Below, piece after piece: positions 30,244 through 40,638 of a stretch of 64,000 bases of DNA. The stretch lies in contig JASGHJ010000001.1 in the NCBI GenBank assembly GCA_047602405.1, forward strand, positions 1,632,001 to 1,696,000, read 5' to 3'. Every line of letters starts with the position of its first letter. The stretch's first letter is position 1. The translations under genes and the position numbers were made by a program. This DNA is from Anaeromyxobacteraceae bacterium. GTDB taxonomy: Bacteria > Myxococcota > Myxococcia > Myxococcales > Anaeromyxobacteraceae. The notes under the pieces were generated by a model. It saw nothing but the letters and a program-made list of their open reading frames with translations, was not told where the DNA came from and searched no databases.

Positions 30244-31635
30244 TCAGGCCTCGAAGCTGCGCGTGAGCTTCGCGATCGCGGCGGGCGTCGAGCGCACGCG
30301 CACGTGCCGGCCCGCCTCGTCGAAGGTCTCGGAGACGACGCGCGCCGTCTCGTAGATCTCGGCGACGCGCCCCTGGCTCGCGTACGGGACGAGGAGCTCG
30401 GCCTCCACCATCTGCGCCTCGAAGAAGTCGAGGATGGTCTGCCGGAGGGCGGCGACGTCGCCGGGCGCCTTGGCCGAGAGCAGGATCGCGTCGGGGTACC
30501 GCTCCTTCAGCGCGCGCCGGGCGGCCGCGTCGACCTTGTCGCCCTTGTTGAGCAGGAGCAGGTTCGGCACCTCGGCCGCCCCGATGTCCCTGAGGACGGT
30601 CCGGGTGACCTCGAGCTGCGCCTCGAAGGTCGGGTCGGAGGCGTCCACGACGTAGAGGAGCAGCGAGGCCTCGAGGGCCTCGTCGAGCGTCGAGCGGAAC
30701 GAGGCGACGAGGTCGTGCGGCAGCTGCCGCAGGAAGCCCACCGTATCCGAGACGAGCACCCGCGGGCGGGACTCCGGCTGCAGCGCCCGCACGGTCGTGT
30801 CGAGCGTCGCGAAGAGCCGGTCCGCGACCAGCACCTCGCTCCCGGTGAGCGCCCGCATGAGCGAGGACTTGCCGGCGTTCGTGTAGCCGACGAGCGCCAC
30901 CCTGAGCTGGTCCCGCCGGGCGTGGCGGCGGTGGTCCTGGTCGCGCTCCACCGCGGCGAGGCCGGCGGTCAGCTCCGCGAGCCGGTCGCGGATCTTGCGG
31001 CGATCGAGCTCGACCGCGGAGTCGCCCGCGCCCCGCCCCTGCTGGCGCTCCGAGCGGCCCGCCGACTCCCGCAGCCGGGGAGCGAGGTACTTCAGCCGGG
31101 CGATCTCGACCTGCATGCGCGCCTCGCGGCTGCGCGCGTGGCGGTGGAAGATGTCGACGATGACGCCGGTGCGATCGAGCACCGTCGCGCCGGTCGCCTT
31201 CTCGAGGTTGCGCAGCTGGCTCGGCGAGAGCTCGTGCGCGACCACCACCACCCTCGGCGGCTCGCCCGCCACGACCTGCCCCGCGTCGCGGTCGTCGTCC
31301 CCGTCCTCCGGCTCGGGCTCCACGTCGGCCGCCGCCTCGGCGGCCCGTGCCTCCCAGCGCTCCTTCGCCTTCGAGGTGCGGTCGGCGGCGCCCGAGGCGA
31401 CGAAGCCCGGGCCGCCGGTGAGCCGGGCGAGCTCCATGAGCTTGCCCGAGCCGAGCACCGTCCCCGACCCCGTCCCCCCGCGCCGCTGGCTGACCGTCGC
31501 GACGGTCTCGTAACCCAGGGTGTCCACGAGCCGACGGAGCTCCGCCAGGTGCGACGCGTGCGCTTCGTCGGTGACGTCGGGGAGCTGGACTCCGACGAGG
31601 ACCGCCCTGGGGCGGGCGGCGGTGGGGGTCGACAT
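30244..31635 (-). CDS. hflX: Ribosome-splitting GTPase HflX
   Basis: GYTNAGKSS, LFATLDTT, DTVGF, NKGD, SA motifs. Confidence 0.95.
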   Translation of the reverse strand: MSTPTAARPRAVLVGVQLPDVTDEAHASHLAELRRLVDTLGYETVATVSQRRGGTGSGTVLGSGKLMELARLTGGPGFVASGAADRTSKAKERWEARAAEAAADVEPEPEDGDDDRDAGQVVAGEPPRVVVVAHELSPSQLRNLEKATGATVLDRTGVIVDIFHRHARSREARMQVEIARLKYLAPRLRESAGRSERQQGRGAGDSAVELDRRKIRDRLAELTAGLAAVERDQDHRRHARRDQLRVALVGYTNAGKSSLMRALTGSEVLVADRLFATLDTTVRALQPESRPRVLVSDTVGFLRQLPHDLVASFRSTLDEALEASLLLYVVDASDPTFEAQLEVTRTVLRDIGAAEVPNLLLLNKGDKVDAAARRALKERYPDAILLSAKAPGDVAALRQTILDFFEAQMVEAELLVPYASQGRVAEIYETARVVSETFDEAGRHVRVRSTPAAIAKLTRSFEA

Positions 31636-31778
31636 GGGCGGTGCTTCGTACCAGAATCCGGGCGATCGCTGGGCCACCCGCGAGATCGTCGGTGGGCCAC
31701 CCCGGAGACCTCGGCTCCGGGCCTGATCGCGCGCGTACGCTGGAGCCCGTCGCACGCCCTCTCACCAGGCAGGCTCCG

Positions 31779-32822
31779 ATGTCCTCCGCGCGCCGCGTCC
31801 TCCTCCCGCTCCTCGTCGCCGTCTCCTCGGGCTGTGGAGGAGGCTCCCCCGCGCCCGGAGCACCCGGGGGGGAGGAGGTCGTCATCACGACCCAGCCGGC
31901 GGACCGCTCGGTCATGGCCGGCGCCCCGGCGACCTTCTCGGTCGCCGCGACCGGCGCGCAGGCCTACCAGTGGCAGCGGAGCGCGAACGCCGGCGCGAGC
32001 TTCACCGACCTCGCCGGCGCGACCGCCGACACCTTCACGCTCTCGCCCGCGACCCTCGCCGACGACGGCGCGAGGTTCCGGGTGCGCGTCACCGGTGCGC
32101 GCGGGAGCCTCGCGAGCGGGGCCGCGGTGCTGACGGTGACCGCCCCGCCCGCGCTCGAGATCACGAGCGCGTCGCCGCTCTCCGGGGCGGTGGTGGGGAC
32201 GGCGTACTCGACGACGTTCCTGGCGACCGGCGGGACGCACCCGCTCACGTGGAGCGCCGACAACGTCCCGGCCGGCCTCGTGCTCGACGCCGGCACCGGG
32301 GAGCTCCACGGGACGCCCACGCAGGAGGCGTTCCACCGCCTCACCGTCCGCGTCGAGGACTCCGCCCAGCCGCACGCCACCGCGCAGCGGGCCTTCGACC
32401 TCGACATCGTCGCGCCCTGCGACAAGGGCTGGGGCTCGCTCGTGGTCGAGAACGCGCCCGCCTCGACCGGAGGGAGGCTCTGTCCCGAGGAGGCGCAGCC
32501 GCCTTCACCGGCGAACGCGTTCGATCAGCAGCACGTGGTCTGGGCCGAGAACCACGACTACGGCAGCTTCCAGTACCGCGAGGCGGTCCTGGTGACCTAC
32601 GACCGGGCCTCCGGCGTGGTCTACTCGGTCGACTACTTCCTGAACGACAAGACCAACCTCCTGAGCGTCCTCTGCTCGCCCGAGGTCTTCGCGCCCCCGC
32701 CGTGCGCGGGCGTCACCGTGGATCCCTTCGTGGGGACCGCGACCTTCGCGGGCACGGCCGTCGGCGTGATGGCCCCGCCCATCCAGCTCACCGGCACGCT
32801 GAAGTTCGGGTCGGCGCCGTAG
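31779..32822 (+). CDS. Lipoprotein with Ig-like and putative Ig (He_PIG-like) domains
   Basis: Lipobox SSGC; ITTQPAD...YQWQ and PAGLVLDAGTGELHGTPT. Confidence 0.75.
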   Translation: MSSARRVLLPLLVAVSSGCGGGSPAPGAPGGEEVVITTQPADRSVMAGAPATFSVAATGAQAYQWQRSANAGASFTDLAGATADTFTLSPATLADDGARFRVRVTGARGSLASGAAVLTVTAPPALEITSASPLSGAVVGTAYSTTFLATGGTHPLTWSADNVPAGLVLDAGTGELHGTPTQEAFHRLTVRVEDSAQPHATAQRAFDLDIVAPCDKGWGSLVVENAPASTGGRLCPEEAQPPSPANAFDQQHVVWAENHDYGSFQYREAVLVTYDRASGVVYSVDYFLNDKTNLLSVLCSPEVFAPPPCAGVTVDPFVGTATFAGTAVGVMAPPIQLTGTLKFGSAP

Positions 32823-32833
32823 CCGCGGGCTCG

Positions 32834-33556
32834 CTACCGATCGCCGATCTTGACCTGCAGCGCGGGCGCGGCGCTCCGGGCGAGCGCGTCCGCGACCACC
32901 CGGGCCTCCCAGAACACGCTCGCGATCTGGACGAAGAGGAGGAACATGCCCGCGGAGACCAGCCCGGGGCGGAGCTCGTGCCACCGCAGCGGCCAGCGGG
33001 AGAGCGCGGCGCGGACGGCGGGCCGGTTGACCCCGGCCGCCACGAGGATGCCCATCGCCGCGCCCGCGAGGATGTCGGTCGGGTGGTGGAGCCCGAGGTA
33101 GACCCGCGGCACGCCGATGAAGAGGAACGCGAAGACGTGCGAGGCGACGCCGAGCGGGCGCGACACGAACCAGGCGGCGGTCGCGAGCGTCGCGAACAGC
33201 ATCGAGTGGTCGCTCGGGAACGCCGAGGGCCAGTCCCTGAGCGGCTCCTGGCCGAGGGGCACGATGAAGCCGAGGTCGGCGTTCTGCACGGGGCGCACGC
33301 GGTACGGCAGGAGCTTCTGCAGCACGAGGCAGAGGCCGATCGACAGGAAGCAGCCGAAGACCGTCGCCACGATGATCTCGCGGTTCTTCCGCCCCCGCTC
33401 GCCCTTCTCCAGCCACGGGTACCAGAGGAAGAGGCCGACGAAGCTCGCCTTCGCAATCGTGCCGTTCGCGAGCAGCATCATCCCGCGGTCGAGGAACGAC
33501 GAGCGCTGGGCGAACGAGTTCAGGAGGTGCAGGATCGTCTGGTCGAAGGCGTTCAT
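32834..33556 (-). CDS. PAP2 family phosphatase
   Basis: R.RP, AFPSDH, PRVYLGLHHPTD. Confidence 0.9.
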   Translation of the reverse strand: MNAFDQTILHLLNSFAQRSSFLDRGMMLLANGTIAKASFVGLFLWYPWLEKGERGRKNREIIVATVFGCFLSIGLCLVLQKLLPYRVRPVQNADLGFIVPLGQEPLRDWPSAFPSDHSMLFATLATAAWFVSRPLGVASHVFAFLFIGVPRVYLGLHHPTDILAGAAMGILVAAGVNRPAVRAALSRWPLRWHELRPGLVSAGMFLLFVQIASVFWEARVVADALARSAAPALQVKIGDR

Positions 33557-33798
33557 GCGCGGCGCTCGGGAGCCTCGGGCTGGCGACCTTGGCACATTCG
33601 GTCCGGGGCGGACATCCCGAGGCGAAGGGGCCGGCCAAATGCTCAGGCGCCTTGCGGCCGTGAGGCGGCGCGCTTGCGCGGGGTCAAGGGAGCCGGACCC
33701 GGGGTGAAGCGGGCCCGGCGTCCGTCGACGCGCTGCGCAGCGCGTCGTTCCCCCGCCGCTTCGGCGCCGTCACGGCGCAGACGTCTGCGTGGGGCGAC

Positions 33799-34533
33799 TC
33801 ACCGCCTGCGCGGCGGCTTCCCGGCCGCGACGAGCACCCGGTCCACGACGTCCGGTGCGAGCGGCTCGCAGGAGCCGGCGAGCCGGGCGACGAGCGCGAT
33901 GCGCGCCACGCGCTCGAGCGTCTCCATCCGGTCGAAGGCCTCGCCGAGCGTGCGGCCGAAGGTGAGCGCGCCGTGGCGCTCGAGGAGCAGGACGTCGTGC
34001 CCGGCCCAGAACGGCGCGAGCGACGCGGGGACCTCGTCGGTGCCGGGCGTCGAGAAGCGGGCCACCGCGACGGGGCCCAGCGTGACCGCGGCCTCGGGGA
34101 CGAGGTCGCCCGGCGGCGGCGCGCCGGCCACGGTGAGGGCGACGGCGGTGATGGGGTGCGCGTGCACGACGGCCTCGACGTCGGGCCGGGCGGCGTAGGC
34201 CGCGAGGTGCATCCTGAGCTCGGTCGAGGCGCGGGCGCCCGGAGGGCCCTTCACGACCTCGCCGGCGGCGTCGACGACGACGAGGTCGGCGGCGCGCAGG
34301 TAGCCCTTGTTCGCGCCGGAGGGCGTGACGAGGAAGCGGCCGGGGCCGAGGCGGACGGAGACGTTGCCCTCGCCGGCGCCGATGAGGTCGCGGGCGTGGA
34401 GGCGGCGGCAGAGCTCGACGAGGGACGAGCGGAGGGTCCGTTCGTCCTTCGACTTCGCGGCCGCTGCGCGGCCGCTACGCTCAGGATGAGCGGCCTTCGA
34501 CTTCGCGGACCTCGTCTTCTTGCGCCCGCTCAC
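33799..34533 (-). CDS. Class II aldolase/adducin family protein
   Basis: [28 protein letters not shown]. Confidence 0.9.
   Translation of the reverse strand: MSGRKKTRSAKSKAAHPERSGRAAAAKSKDERTLRSSLVELCRRLHARDLIGAGEGNVSVRLGPGRFLVTPSGANKGYLRAADLVVVDAAGEVVKGPPGARASTELRMHLAAYAARPDVEAVVHAHPITAVALTVAGAPPPGDLVPEAAVTLGPVAVARFSTPGTDEVPASLAPFWAGHDVLLLERHGALTFGRTLGEAFDRMETLERVARIALVARLAGSCEPLAPDVVDRVLVAAGKPPRRR
34446..34508 (+). repeat. REP-like repeat, copy 5 plus a partial arm, inside the aldolase 5' end
   Basis: CCTTCGACTTCG-hairpin-CTACGCTCAGGATGAGCGG followed by CCTTCGACTTCGCGG. Confidence 0.85.
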
Positions 34534-35594
34534 AGGATCTTCGCCGCGAGGAGGTCCTGCACGTCGAGCAGGCCCACGGGGCGGCCCTCGGAGTCGACGA
34601 CGGGGACCTGATCGATGGCGGCCTGGCGCAGGACGCGGGCGCCGTCGCCGACGAGCGCGTCGGGGCGGATGGTGCGCGGGTTGCGGCCCATCGCGGTCGA
34701 GACCGGGCGGTTGAAGTCGTGGTGGCCGTGCTCGACCAGGCGGCGGAGGTCGCCGTCGGTGAAGATCCCGACGAGCTTCCCGGCGGCGTCGACGACGCTC
34801 GCGGCGCCGGGCCGGCCGGCGGTGCCGGTCATCACGGCGACGGCGGCGGAGAGCGGCTCGTCCTCGCGCACGACCGGGTTCGACTCCCCGGCGCGCATGA
34901 TCTCGTGGACCTTCATGAGGCCGCGGCCGAGCTTGCCGGCGGGGTGGTAGAGCGCGAACTCCTCCTCGCGGAAGGAGCGGTTCTGGAGGACGGTCATCGC
35001 GATCGCGTCGCCGACCGCGAGCAGCACCGCGGTCGAGGCGGTCGGGGCGAGGCCCATCGGGCAGGCCTCCTCGACGTCGCCGATGGCGACGACGAGGTGG
35101 GCGGCGCGGGCGAGCGGGTTCTGGCGGTCCTTCGTGAGCGCGACGATGCGCACGCCCATCTTCTTGAGCGCCGGCAGGAGCCGGACGATCTCCTCGGTCT
35201 CGCCCGAGTTCGAGAGCGCGAAGACCACGTCGTCCTTCGCGATGCGGCCGAGGTCGCCGTGCGCCGCCTCCGCCGGGTGGACGAAGAGCGAGGGGGTGCC
35301 GGTGGAGGCGAGCGTCGCCGAGATCTTCTGGGCGACGAAGCCGGGCTTTCCCATCCCGGTGACCACCACCCGGCCCTTGCAGTCGAGCACCCAGCGCACC
35401 GCCTCGGCGAAGCTCTCGCCGAGGACCACCCGGCCGATGGCCCCGGCCTCGGCCGCGAGCACGGTCTTCCCGTAGTCGACGAGGGCCTTCGCGGAGGGCT
35501 TCCGCGGCGAGACGGGCCTGCGGGGCGGCGCCGCCTCCTGGGGCCGTGCGAGCTTGCGCCGGGGGAGCCTGCGGACCTTCGAGCGGGCGGCCAT
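34530..35594 (-). CDS. kdsD: Arabinose-5-phosphate isomerase (KpsF/GutQ; SIS plus CBS domains)
   Basis: TGMGK, EAAHGDLG, SNSGET, EACPMGLAPTAST, HPAGKLG, TDGDLRR. Confidence 0.92.
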   Translation of the reverse strand: MAARSKVRRLPRRKLARPQEAAPPRRPVSPRKPSAKALVDYGKTVLAAEAGAIGRVVLGESFAEAVRWVLDCKGRVVVTGMGKPGFVAQKISATLASTGTPSLFVHPAEAAHGDLGRIAKDDVVFALSNSGETEEIVRLLPALKKMGVRIVALTKDRQNPLARAAHLVVAIGDVEEACPMGLAPTASTAVLLAVGDAIAMTVLQNRSFREEEFALYHPAGKLGRGLMKVHEIMRAGESNPVVREDEPLSAAVAVMTGTAGRPGAASVVDAAGKLVGIFTDGDLRRLVEHGHHDFNRPVSTAMGRNPRTIRPDALVGDGARVLRQAAIDQVPVVDSEGRPVGLLDVQDLLAAKIL

Positions 35595-35685
35595 GTCGAG
35601 CGGGTCATAGCACACACGGCCCTTGCGAGGCGCGCGGGCGCCGCGCTATGCAGAATCCTCCCGCGCAGCACGGAGGTGGTTCGCC

Positions 35686-36333
35686 ATGCAGTTCTTCATC
35701 GACTCGGCCGACGTCAACGAGATCAAGAAGGCCCTCGCCCTCGGCCTGTGCGACGGCGTGACGACCAACCCCTCGCTCGTCGCCAAGACGGGCCGCTCCT
35801 TCGACGACGTGCTGAAGGAGATCGTCTCCATCGTCCCCGGCCCCATCTCCGCGGAGGTCACCTCGACCGACGCCGAGGGGATGCTGAAGGAGGCCCGGTA
35901 CTACGCGAAGTTCGGGAGCCAGATCGTCGTCAAGGTCCCGCTCATCGTCGAGGGCCTGAAGGCGGTGAAGGTGCTCTCCGACGAGGGCGTGAAGACGAAC
36001 GTCACGCTCTGCTTCTCGGCGGTGCAGGCGCTCCTCGCCGCGAAGGCGGGCGCGACGTACATCTCGCCGTTCGTCGGCCGGCTCGACGACATCAGCCAGG
36101 ACGGCATGGCGCTCATCGCCGACATCGTCCAGATCTACCGGAACTACCAGTTCAAGACGAAGGTGCTCGTCGCCTCGGTGCGCCACCCGGTGCACGTGCT
36201 CGAGGCCGCGAAGCTCGGCGCCGACGTGTCGACGATCCCGTACGGCGTCATCGAGCAGCTCGCGAAGCACCCGCTCACCGAGTCCGGCCTGAAGAAGTTC
36301 CTCGCGGACTGGGAGAAGGTGCCGAAGAAGTAG
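35686..36333 (+). CDS. Transaldolase / fructose-6-phosphate aldolase (TalC/FSA family)
   Basis: [34 protein letters not shown]. Confidence 0.93.
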   Translation: MQFFIDSADVNEIKKALALGLCDGVTTNPSLVAKTGRSFDDVLKEIVSIVPGPISAEVTSTDAEGMLKEARYYAKFGSQIVVKVPLIVEGLKAVKVLSDEGVKTNVTLCFSAVQALLAAKAGATYISPFVGRLDDISQDGMALIADIVQIYRNYQFKTKVLVASVRHPVHVLEAAKLGADVSTIPYGVIEQLAKHPLTESGLKKFLADWEKVPKK

Positions 36334-36337
36334 ACGT

Positions 36338-36383
36338 CCCTCGTCTCCGGCGCGCTGCGCGCGCCTACGCTCGGGACGAACGG
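36338..36383 (+). repeat. REP-like repeat, copy 6 (between convergent genes)
   Basis: CCCTCGTCTCC-GGCGCGC/TGC/GCGCGCC-TACGCTCGGGACGAACGG. Confidence 0.85.
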
Positions 36384-36385
36384 GG

Positions 36386-36829
36386 TTACTGGGTCACCCG
36401 GAACAGGCGCCGCTCCAGGAGCTTCAGGCTCGCCGAGAGGTCCGCGCGCGACAGGCGCGCGGCCTCGGCGCGCTCCTTGAGCTCGAGGCAGCGCTCCGTC
36501 ACGAGCGTCACGAGCAGGTGGAGCGCCGCCTCCTCCGCCGGCGTCTGCAGCCGGTGGCGGCCCTCCTCCAGCGCGCACTCGTAGCCGTCGAGGGCGTGCG
36601 CGAGGTCGAGCCGCGCCAGCTCGAGCGCGAACCGGACCACGTCCTCGCGCGGGCGCGCCGCCGCGCCGGCGGCCCACCGTGCGCGGGCGGCGTCGTCCAC
36701 CCACTCGAGCTCGGCGGGGGGCCAGGCCTCGAGCTCGCGGGCGAGCTCCTCGGCGAACTTCTCGAGGATGTACTCCCGGACGGGCTGCTTCTGGCGGTCG
36801 TAGAGCCAGTCGAAGCGGCGGTCGCGCAC
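36386..36829 (-). CDS. Hypothetical helical protein
   Basis: MRDRRFDWLYD...WPP; host-like codon usage. Confidence 0.65.
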   Translation of the reverse strand: MRDRRFDWLYDRQKQPVREYILEKFAEELARELEAWPPAELEWVDDAARARWAAGAAARPREDVVRFALELARLDLAHALDGYECALEEGRHRLQTPAEEAALHLLVTLVTERCLELKERAEAARLSRADLSASLKLLERRLFRVTQ

Positions 36830-36843
36830 GGGCCAATTGTACG

Positions 36844-37692
36844 CTACGCGGCGCCGGTGCTGGACACGCGCCGGCGGGCGGGAGCGCGCTCGGCGCCCTT
36901 GCCGCCCACGAGGCCGGTCAGCTTCCCGCGGACGCGCGGCGCGTGCTCCTCGGCGGCGCGCAGCTCGGCGAGGAGCGTCCCGTAGACGCGCTTCGAGGTG
37001 AGGAGGTCGAAGTGGTCGCCCTTGACCTCGACGTTCACGAGGTGCGGGAGCCCCTGCGTGTCGAGCACCGAGGTCGGGTAGCGCGCCCAGGGATCGGTCC
37101 GGCTCCAGAGCGAGGCGAGCCGCACCGAGGCCGGCCACGGCCCGTCGCCGAGCCGGCCGAGGAACGGGCTCCCCGGGATCATCTGCAGGATCGAGCGGGC
37201 GACGGTCACGATGGGCAGGCCGAGCCACGCGCGGGCGGTGCCGTGGTACGGCGCGCCGAGCGTGACGACCGCGCGCGTGCGCCGCCAGCCGCCGAGCTTC
37301 TTCACGTAGTACGCCGCGACGAGGCCGCCCTTCGAGTGGCCCACGATGGTGAGCGGCCCGAGGGAGGGGTTGCGCCCGTAGATCCGCTCGACCTTGGTGC
37401 GCACGAGGTCGGCGAGGTCGTCGATGCCGCGGTTGTTGAGCGACTGCCCGAGCCCGCCGAGGTCGAGCGAGAACGGGCCGTAGCCGTCGCGGCGCAGGCG
37501 CTCCTCGAGGACCTCCAGCGTCCGCCGGCCGGACATGAAGCCGTGGAGCAGGAGCACCGGCCGCTCGCAGCGCGAGAAGTCGGTGCGCTTCACGATGCGG
37601 TTCTCGATGCCCGGGATGTCGAGCGCCCGGGCGATCCGGTCGACCGCCTTCGCCACCCTCCGCACCGCCTTGATCGCTCGTCTCGCGTCCAC
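36844..37692 (-). CDS. Alpha/beta hydrolase (lipase/esterase)
   Basis: LLHGF, GHSKGG nucleophile elbow, TLGAPYHG, C-terminal His. Confidence 0.88.
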   Translation of the reverse strand: MDARRAIKAVRRVAKAVDRIARALDIPGIENRIVKRTDFSRCERPVLLLHGFMSGRRTLEVLEERLRRDGYGPFSLDLGGLGQSLNNRGIDDLADLVRTKVERIYGRNPSLGPLTIVGHSKGGLVAAYYVKKLGGWRRTRAVVTLGAPYHGTARAWLGLPIVTVARSILQMIPGSPFLGRLGDGPWPASVRLASLWSRTDPWARYPTSVLDTQGLPHLVNVEVKGDHFDLLTSKRVYGTLLAELRAAEEHAPRVRGKLTGLVGGKGAERAPARRRVSSTGAA

Positions 37693-37902
37693 CCGGTCGC
37701 CCCTCTCGTCGGAACATAGGGAACCCGAGGTGCATCCCGCAGTGCCCCGGATCACATCTGGCGCCCCGTATCCCGGGGACGGGTCCCCGCCACCGTGCCG
37801 CGCCCCGGGGCCACCCGCGCCGTCGGGCCGGCTTGAGCCGCCCCCGCCCCTGCGCTAAGAGACCGCCCGGCCACCCACTTTGGACACCCGGAGCCCTCGA
37901 AC

Positions 37903-38916
37903 ATGCTCGTGGTCATGAAGAACAGCGCGACGCCCGAACAGGTCGAGGCCGTGAACGCACGGATCCGTTCGCTGGGGTTCGAGCCACACCCCATCCCGGG
38001 TGCGCAGCGCGTCGCCATCGGCATCACGGGCAACAAGGGCGCGGTGGACCCGGGCCAGTTCGAGGGCCTCCCGGGGGTGGCCGAGGCCATCCGGGTGTCC
38101 CAGCCGTTCAAGCTCGTGTCCCGCGAGGTGAAGCCGGACGATACGGTCATCGACGTCGGCGGCGTGAAGCTGGGCGGCGGCCGCATCGCGGTCATGGCCG
38201 GTCCGTGCTCGGTCGAGTCGAAGGAGCAGCTCCTCGAGGCCGCCCACGCGGTCAAGGCAGCCGGGGCGACCTTCCTCCGCGGCGGCGCCTGGAAGCCGCG
38301 CACGAGCCCCTACGAGTTCCAGGGGCTCGCCGAGGAGGGCCTGAAGCTCCTCGCGCTCGCCCGCGAGCAGACCGGCCTCAAGGTCGTGACCGAGGTGATG
38401 GACGTCGAGACGCTCCCGATGGTCGTAGAGCACGCCGACGTGATCCAGATCGGCGCCCGCAACATGCAGAACTTCTCGCTCCTGAAGCAGCTCGGCACGC
38501 TCAAGAAGCCCATCCTCCTGAAGCGCGGCCCGTCGGCCACGCTCAAGGAGTGGCTCATGGCCGCCGAGTACATCCTCTCCCGCGGCAACTACCAGGTCGC
38601 GCTCTGCGAGCGCGGCATCCGCACCTTCGAGACGATGACCCGCAACACGCTCGACCTCAACGCGGTGCCGGTGCTCAAGACGCTCACGCACCTGCCGGTG
38701 GTGGTCGACCCGTCGCACGGCATCGGCCTGCGCGCGCACGTCGCCGCGATGGCCCGCGCCGGCGTCGCCGCGGGCGCCGACGGCCTCATCGTCGAGGTGC
38801 ACCCGCGCCCGGAGAAGGCGCTCTCCGACGGGCAGCAGTCGCTGATGCCGACCGAGTTCGAGGCGCTGATGCGGCAGGTGAAGGTGATCGCCGGCGCGGT
38901 GGGGCGCGAGGTCTGA
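37903..38916 (+). CDS. aroF: DAHP synthase type I-beta, copy 1
   Basis: [40 protein letters not shown]-terminal regulatory domain. Confidence 0.95.
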   Translation: MLVVMKNSATPEQVEAVNARIRSLGFEPHPIPGAQRVAIGITGNKGAVDPGQFEGLPGVAEAIRVSQPFKLVSREVKPDDTVIDVGGVKLGGGRIAVMAGPCSVESKEQLLEAAHAVKAAGATFLRGGAWKPRTSPYEFQGLAEEGLKLLALAREQTGLKVVTEVMDVETLPMVVEHADVIQIGARNMQNFSLLKQLGTLKKPILLKRGPSATLKEWLMAAEYILSRGNYQVALCERGIRTFETMTRNTLDLNAVPVLKTLTHLPVVVDPSHGIGLRAHVAAMARAGVAAGADGLIVEVHPRPEKALSDGQQSLMPTEFEALMRQVKVIAGAVGREV

Positions 38917-38917
38917 C

Positions 38918-38965
38918 CCCTCGTCTCCGCGCCGCCTCCGGCGGCGCCACGCTCGGGGTGAACGG
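38918..38965 (+). repeat. REP-like repeat, copy 7 (between convergent genes)
   Basis: CCCTCGTCTCC-GCGCCGCC/TCC/GGCGGCGC-CACGCTCGGGGTGAACGG. Confidence 0.8.
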
Positions 38966-38968
38966 AAC

Positions 38969-39499
38969 CTAGCGGACGAGCCGGGCCGTGAACGCCAGGA
39001 TCGCGTCCTTCCGGCACGCGATCTTCCGCTCGAACGGGCGGTAGCCCTTCGCGACGGCGCGCACCACCACGTCCTCGCCGGGCTGGCAGGAGATCGAGGT
39101 GAGCACCGGCGCCCCGCCGAGCTCCTGGCCGTTCACCGTCACGTGCGCGCCCTCCGGCGCGGAGTCGATCGAGAGGCCGAAGCCGTCGAACGGCCGCCAG
39201 GCGTCGCCCGCGTCGTCGCGCGGCGCGAACACCTCGGCCTTCTCGAGGTTGCGCTTCTCGAGCGCGGCGTGCGCGGTCGCGGCCCAGCGCGCCTTCTCGA
39301 GCTCCTCGGAGGTCGGCTGCTCGGGGTGGCGCGGGGGCGTGCCGGCCGCGTCCCGCGCCGCGGGATCGGCGGGCGCGAGCGCGGCGGCGGGGAGGGTCGG
39401 CGGCCGGAAGAGCCGCGGGACGAGGAACGCGCCGGCGACGAGCGGCAGCACGAGCGACGCGGCCCACACGGCGAAGCGGCGGGGGTTGGGCTCCTTCAC
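38969..39499 (-). CDS. Membrane-anchored PEGA-domain protein
   Basis: TM helix; [21 protein letters not shown]. Confidence 0.75.
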   Translation of the reverse strand: MKEPNPRRFAVWAASLVLPLVAGAFLVPRLFRPPTLPAAALAPADPAARDAAGTPPRHPEQPTSEELEKARWAATAHAALEKRNLEKAEVFAPRDDAGDAWRPFDGFGLSIDSAPEGAHVTVNGQELGGAPVLTSISCQPGEDVVVRAVAKGYRPFERKIACRKDAILAFTARLVR

Positions 39500-39677
39500 G
39501 GAGGCATCCTACCGCCGCTGTGGGCGGCCTCCCACCGCGGCGCACGGGTGCCGGACGTGCCCCGGGTCCGCGGGCGCGGCGCGGCGGCGTGCGTCAAGCG
39601 CGCGTGCCCGCTGGCCTCCGGTGCTGCCGGCGGCCGGCCCGGCTCGTGCTCTCCGTGCCGCCCGGAGGCCACACGCC

Positions 39678-40400
39678 ATGCCCAGGTTCCCGACCCTCGC
39701 CGTCCTCGCCCTCGCCGCCGCGGCCGCCGCCTGCGGTGGCAAGGCCGACGTGAAGCTCCGCGTCGACAACCAGACCGTCGCCGGCGCGCTCGTCGCCGGG
39801 ACCGACCGCTCGCTCGAGCTGAAGCTCATCGCGGTCTACCTCGCGGAGGACGTCGATCCGCAGACGCAGGACAACGTCGGCGAGACCCAGATGATCTGGC
39901 TCAACGCCCAGTGCAACGACGACATCCAGGGCTGCCTGCCGAGCGGCATGCCCGGCGGCGGGCCGCGGGTCACGAGCTTCTTCGACTTCGGCCAGCCGAC
40001 CGACGTGGTCAACGCCGCCATCAACGGGCAGGGCCGCGCCGTGAAGACCGGCACCTACCGCTACGCCCGCATGGAGTTCTGCAAGTACGGCATGCCCGGC
40101 GAGCCGAACCTGCGTTGGAGGGGGCCGGGCATGACCGGCGCTCGCGAGATGATCGTGGGCGACTGCGGCCGCACGAGCCAGGTGTTCTCGCCGCCGCTCA
40201 CCCTCGCCGACGGCGAGTCCGTGACGGTCACGCTCGGCTACGACATGGCGCAGTCGATCCGGTCCGGCGCGCCGGGCCCGAACGGCTCGATGTCGATCGC
40301 GGGCGTCGACCACTGGTTCCGCGACTGCGAGGACCTCGCCGGCGGCACGCGGGTCTGCATGGACTTCCCGGACTTCCAGCCCACGGCGACGAAGCAGTAG
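39678..40400 (+). CDS. Hypothetical lipoprotein
   Basis: Lipobox AAAC-GG; six further Cys. Confidence 0.75.
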   Translation: MPRFPTLAVLALAAAAAACGGKADVKLRVDNQTVAGALVAGTDRSLELKLIAVYLAEDVDPQTQDNVGETQMIWLNAQCNDDIQGCLPSGMPGGGPRVTSFFDFGQPTDVVNAAINGQGRAVKTGTYRYARMEFCKYGMPGEPNLRWRGPGMTGAREMIVGDCGRTSQVFSPPLTLADGESVTVTLGYDMAQSIRSGAPGPNGSMSIAGVDHWFRDCEDLAGGTRVCMDFPDFQPTATKQ

Positions 40401-40418
40401 TCCGAGGCCCAAGACACG

Positions 40419-40449
40419 AGAAGAGGCCCGTTCAAGGGGCCTCTTCTCA
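40419..40449. terminator. Bidirectional intrinsic terminator-like hairpin
   Basis: GAGAAGAGGCCC-GTTCAAG-GGGCCTCTTCTC, a perfect 12-bp stem with pyrimidine tails on both strands. Confidence 0.7.
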
Positions 40450-40596
40450 CTTCTTCGCTCTGTGGCGGAGGCGCTCTGTAGACGAGCACCGGTCCGGCTT
40501 CACGCCGGTATGGACTGCGGTTCTGTCGAGTCCTGCGACGGCTCTGCTATCTCAGGCCTCCTTGTGGACACCGCGGTGTGAAACAGCGCGCTGTGT

Positions 40597-40638
40597 TGCT
40601 TCGATGCTGCTGCTTCGATGCTGCTGCTTCGGTGCTGC
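40597..40638 (+). repeat. 3 x 14-bp tandem repeat TGCTTCG(A/G)TGCTGC
   Basis: Read directly from the sequence. Confidence 0.85.

Noticed and set aside
40597..40638. Short repeats here and at 27392-27500 and 11911-11980 as a CRISPR array
   Set aside because: The units are directly tandem with no unique spacers, and no cas genes are present.
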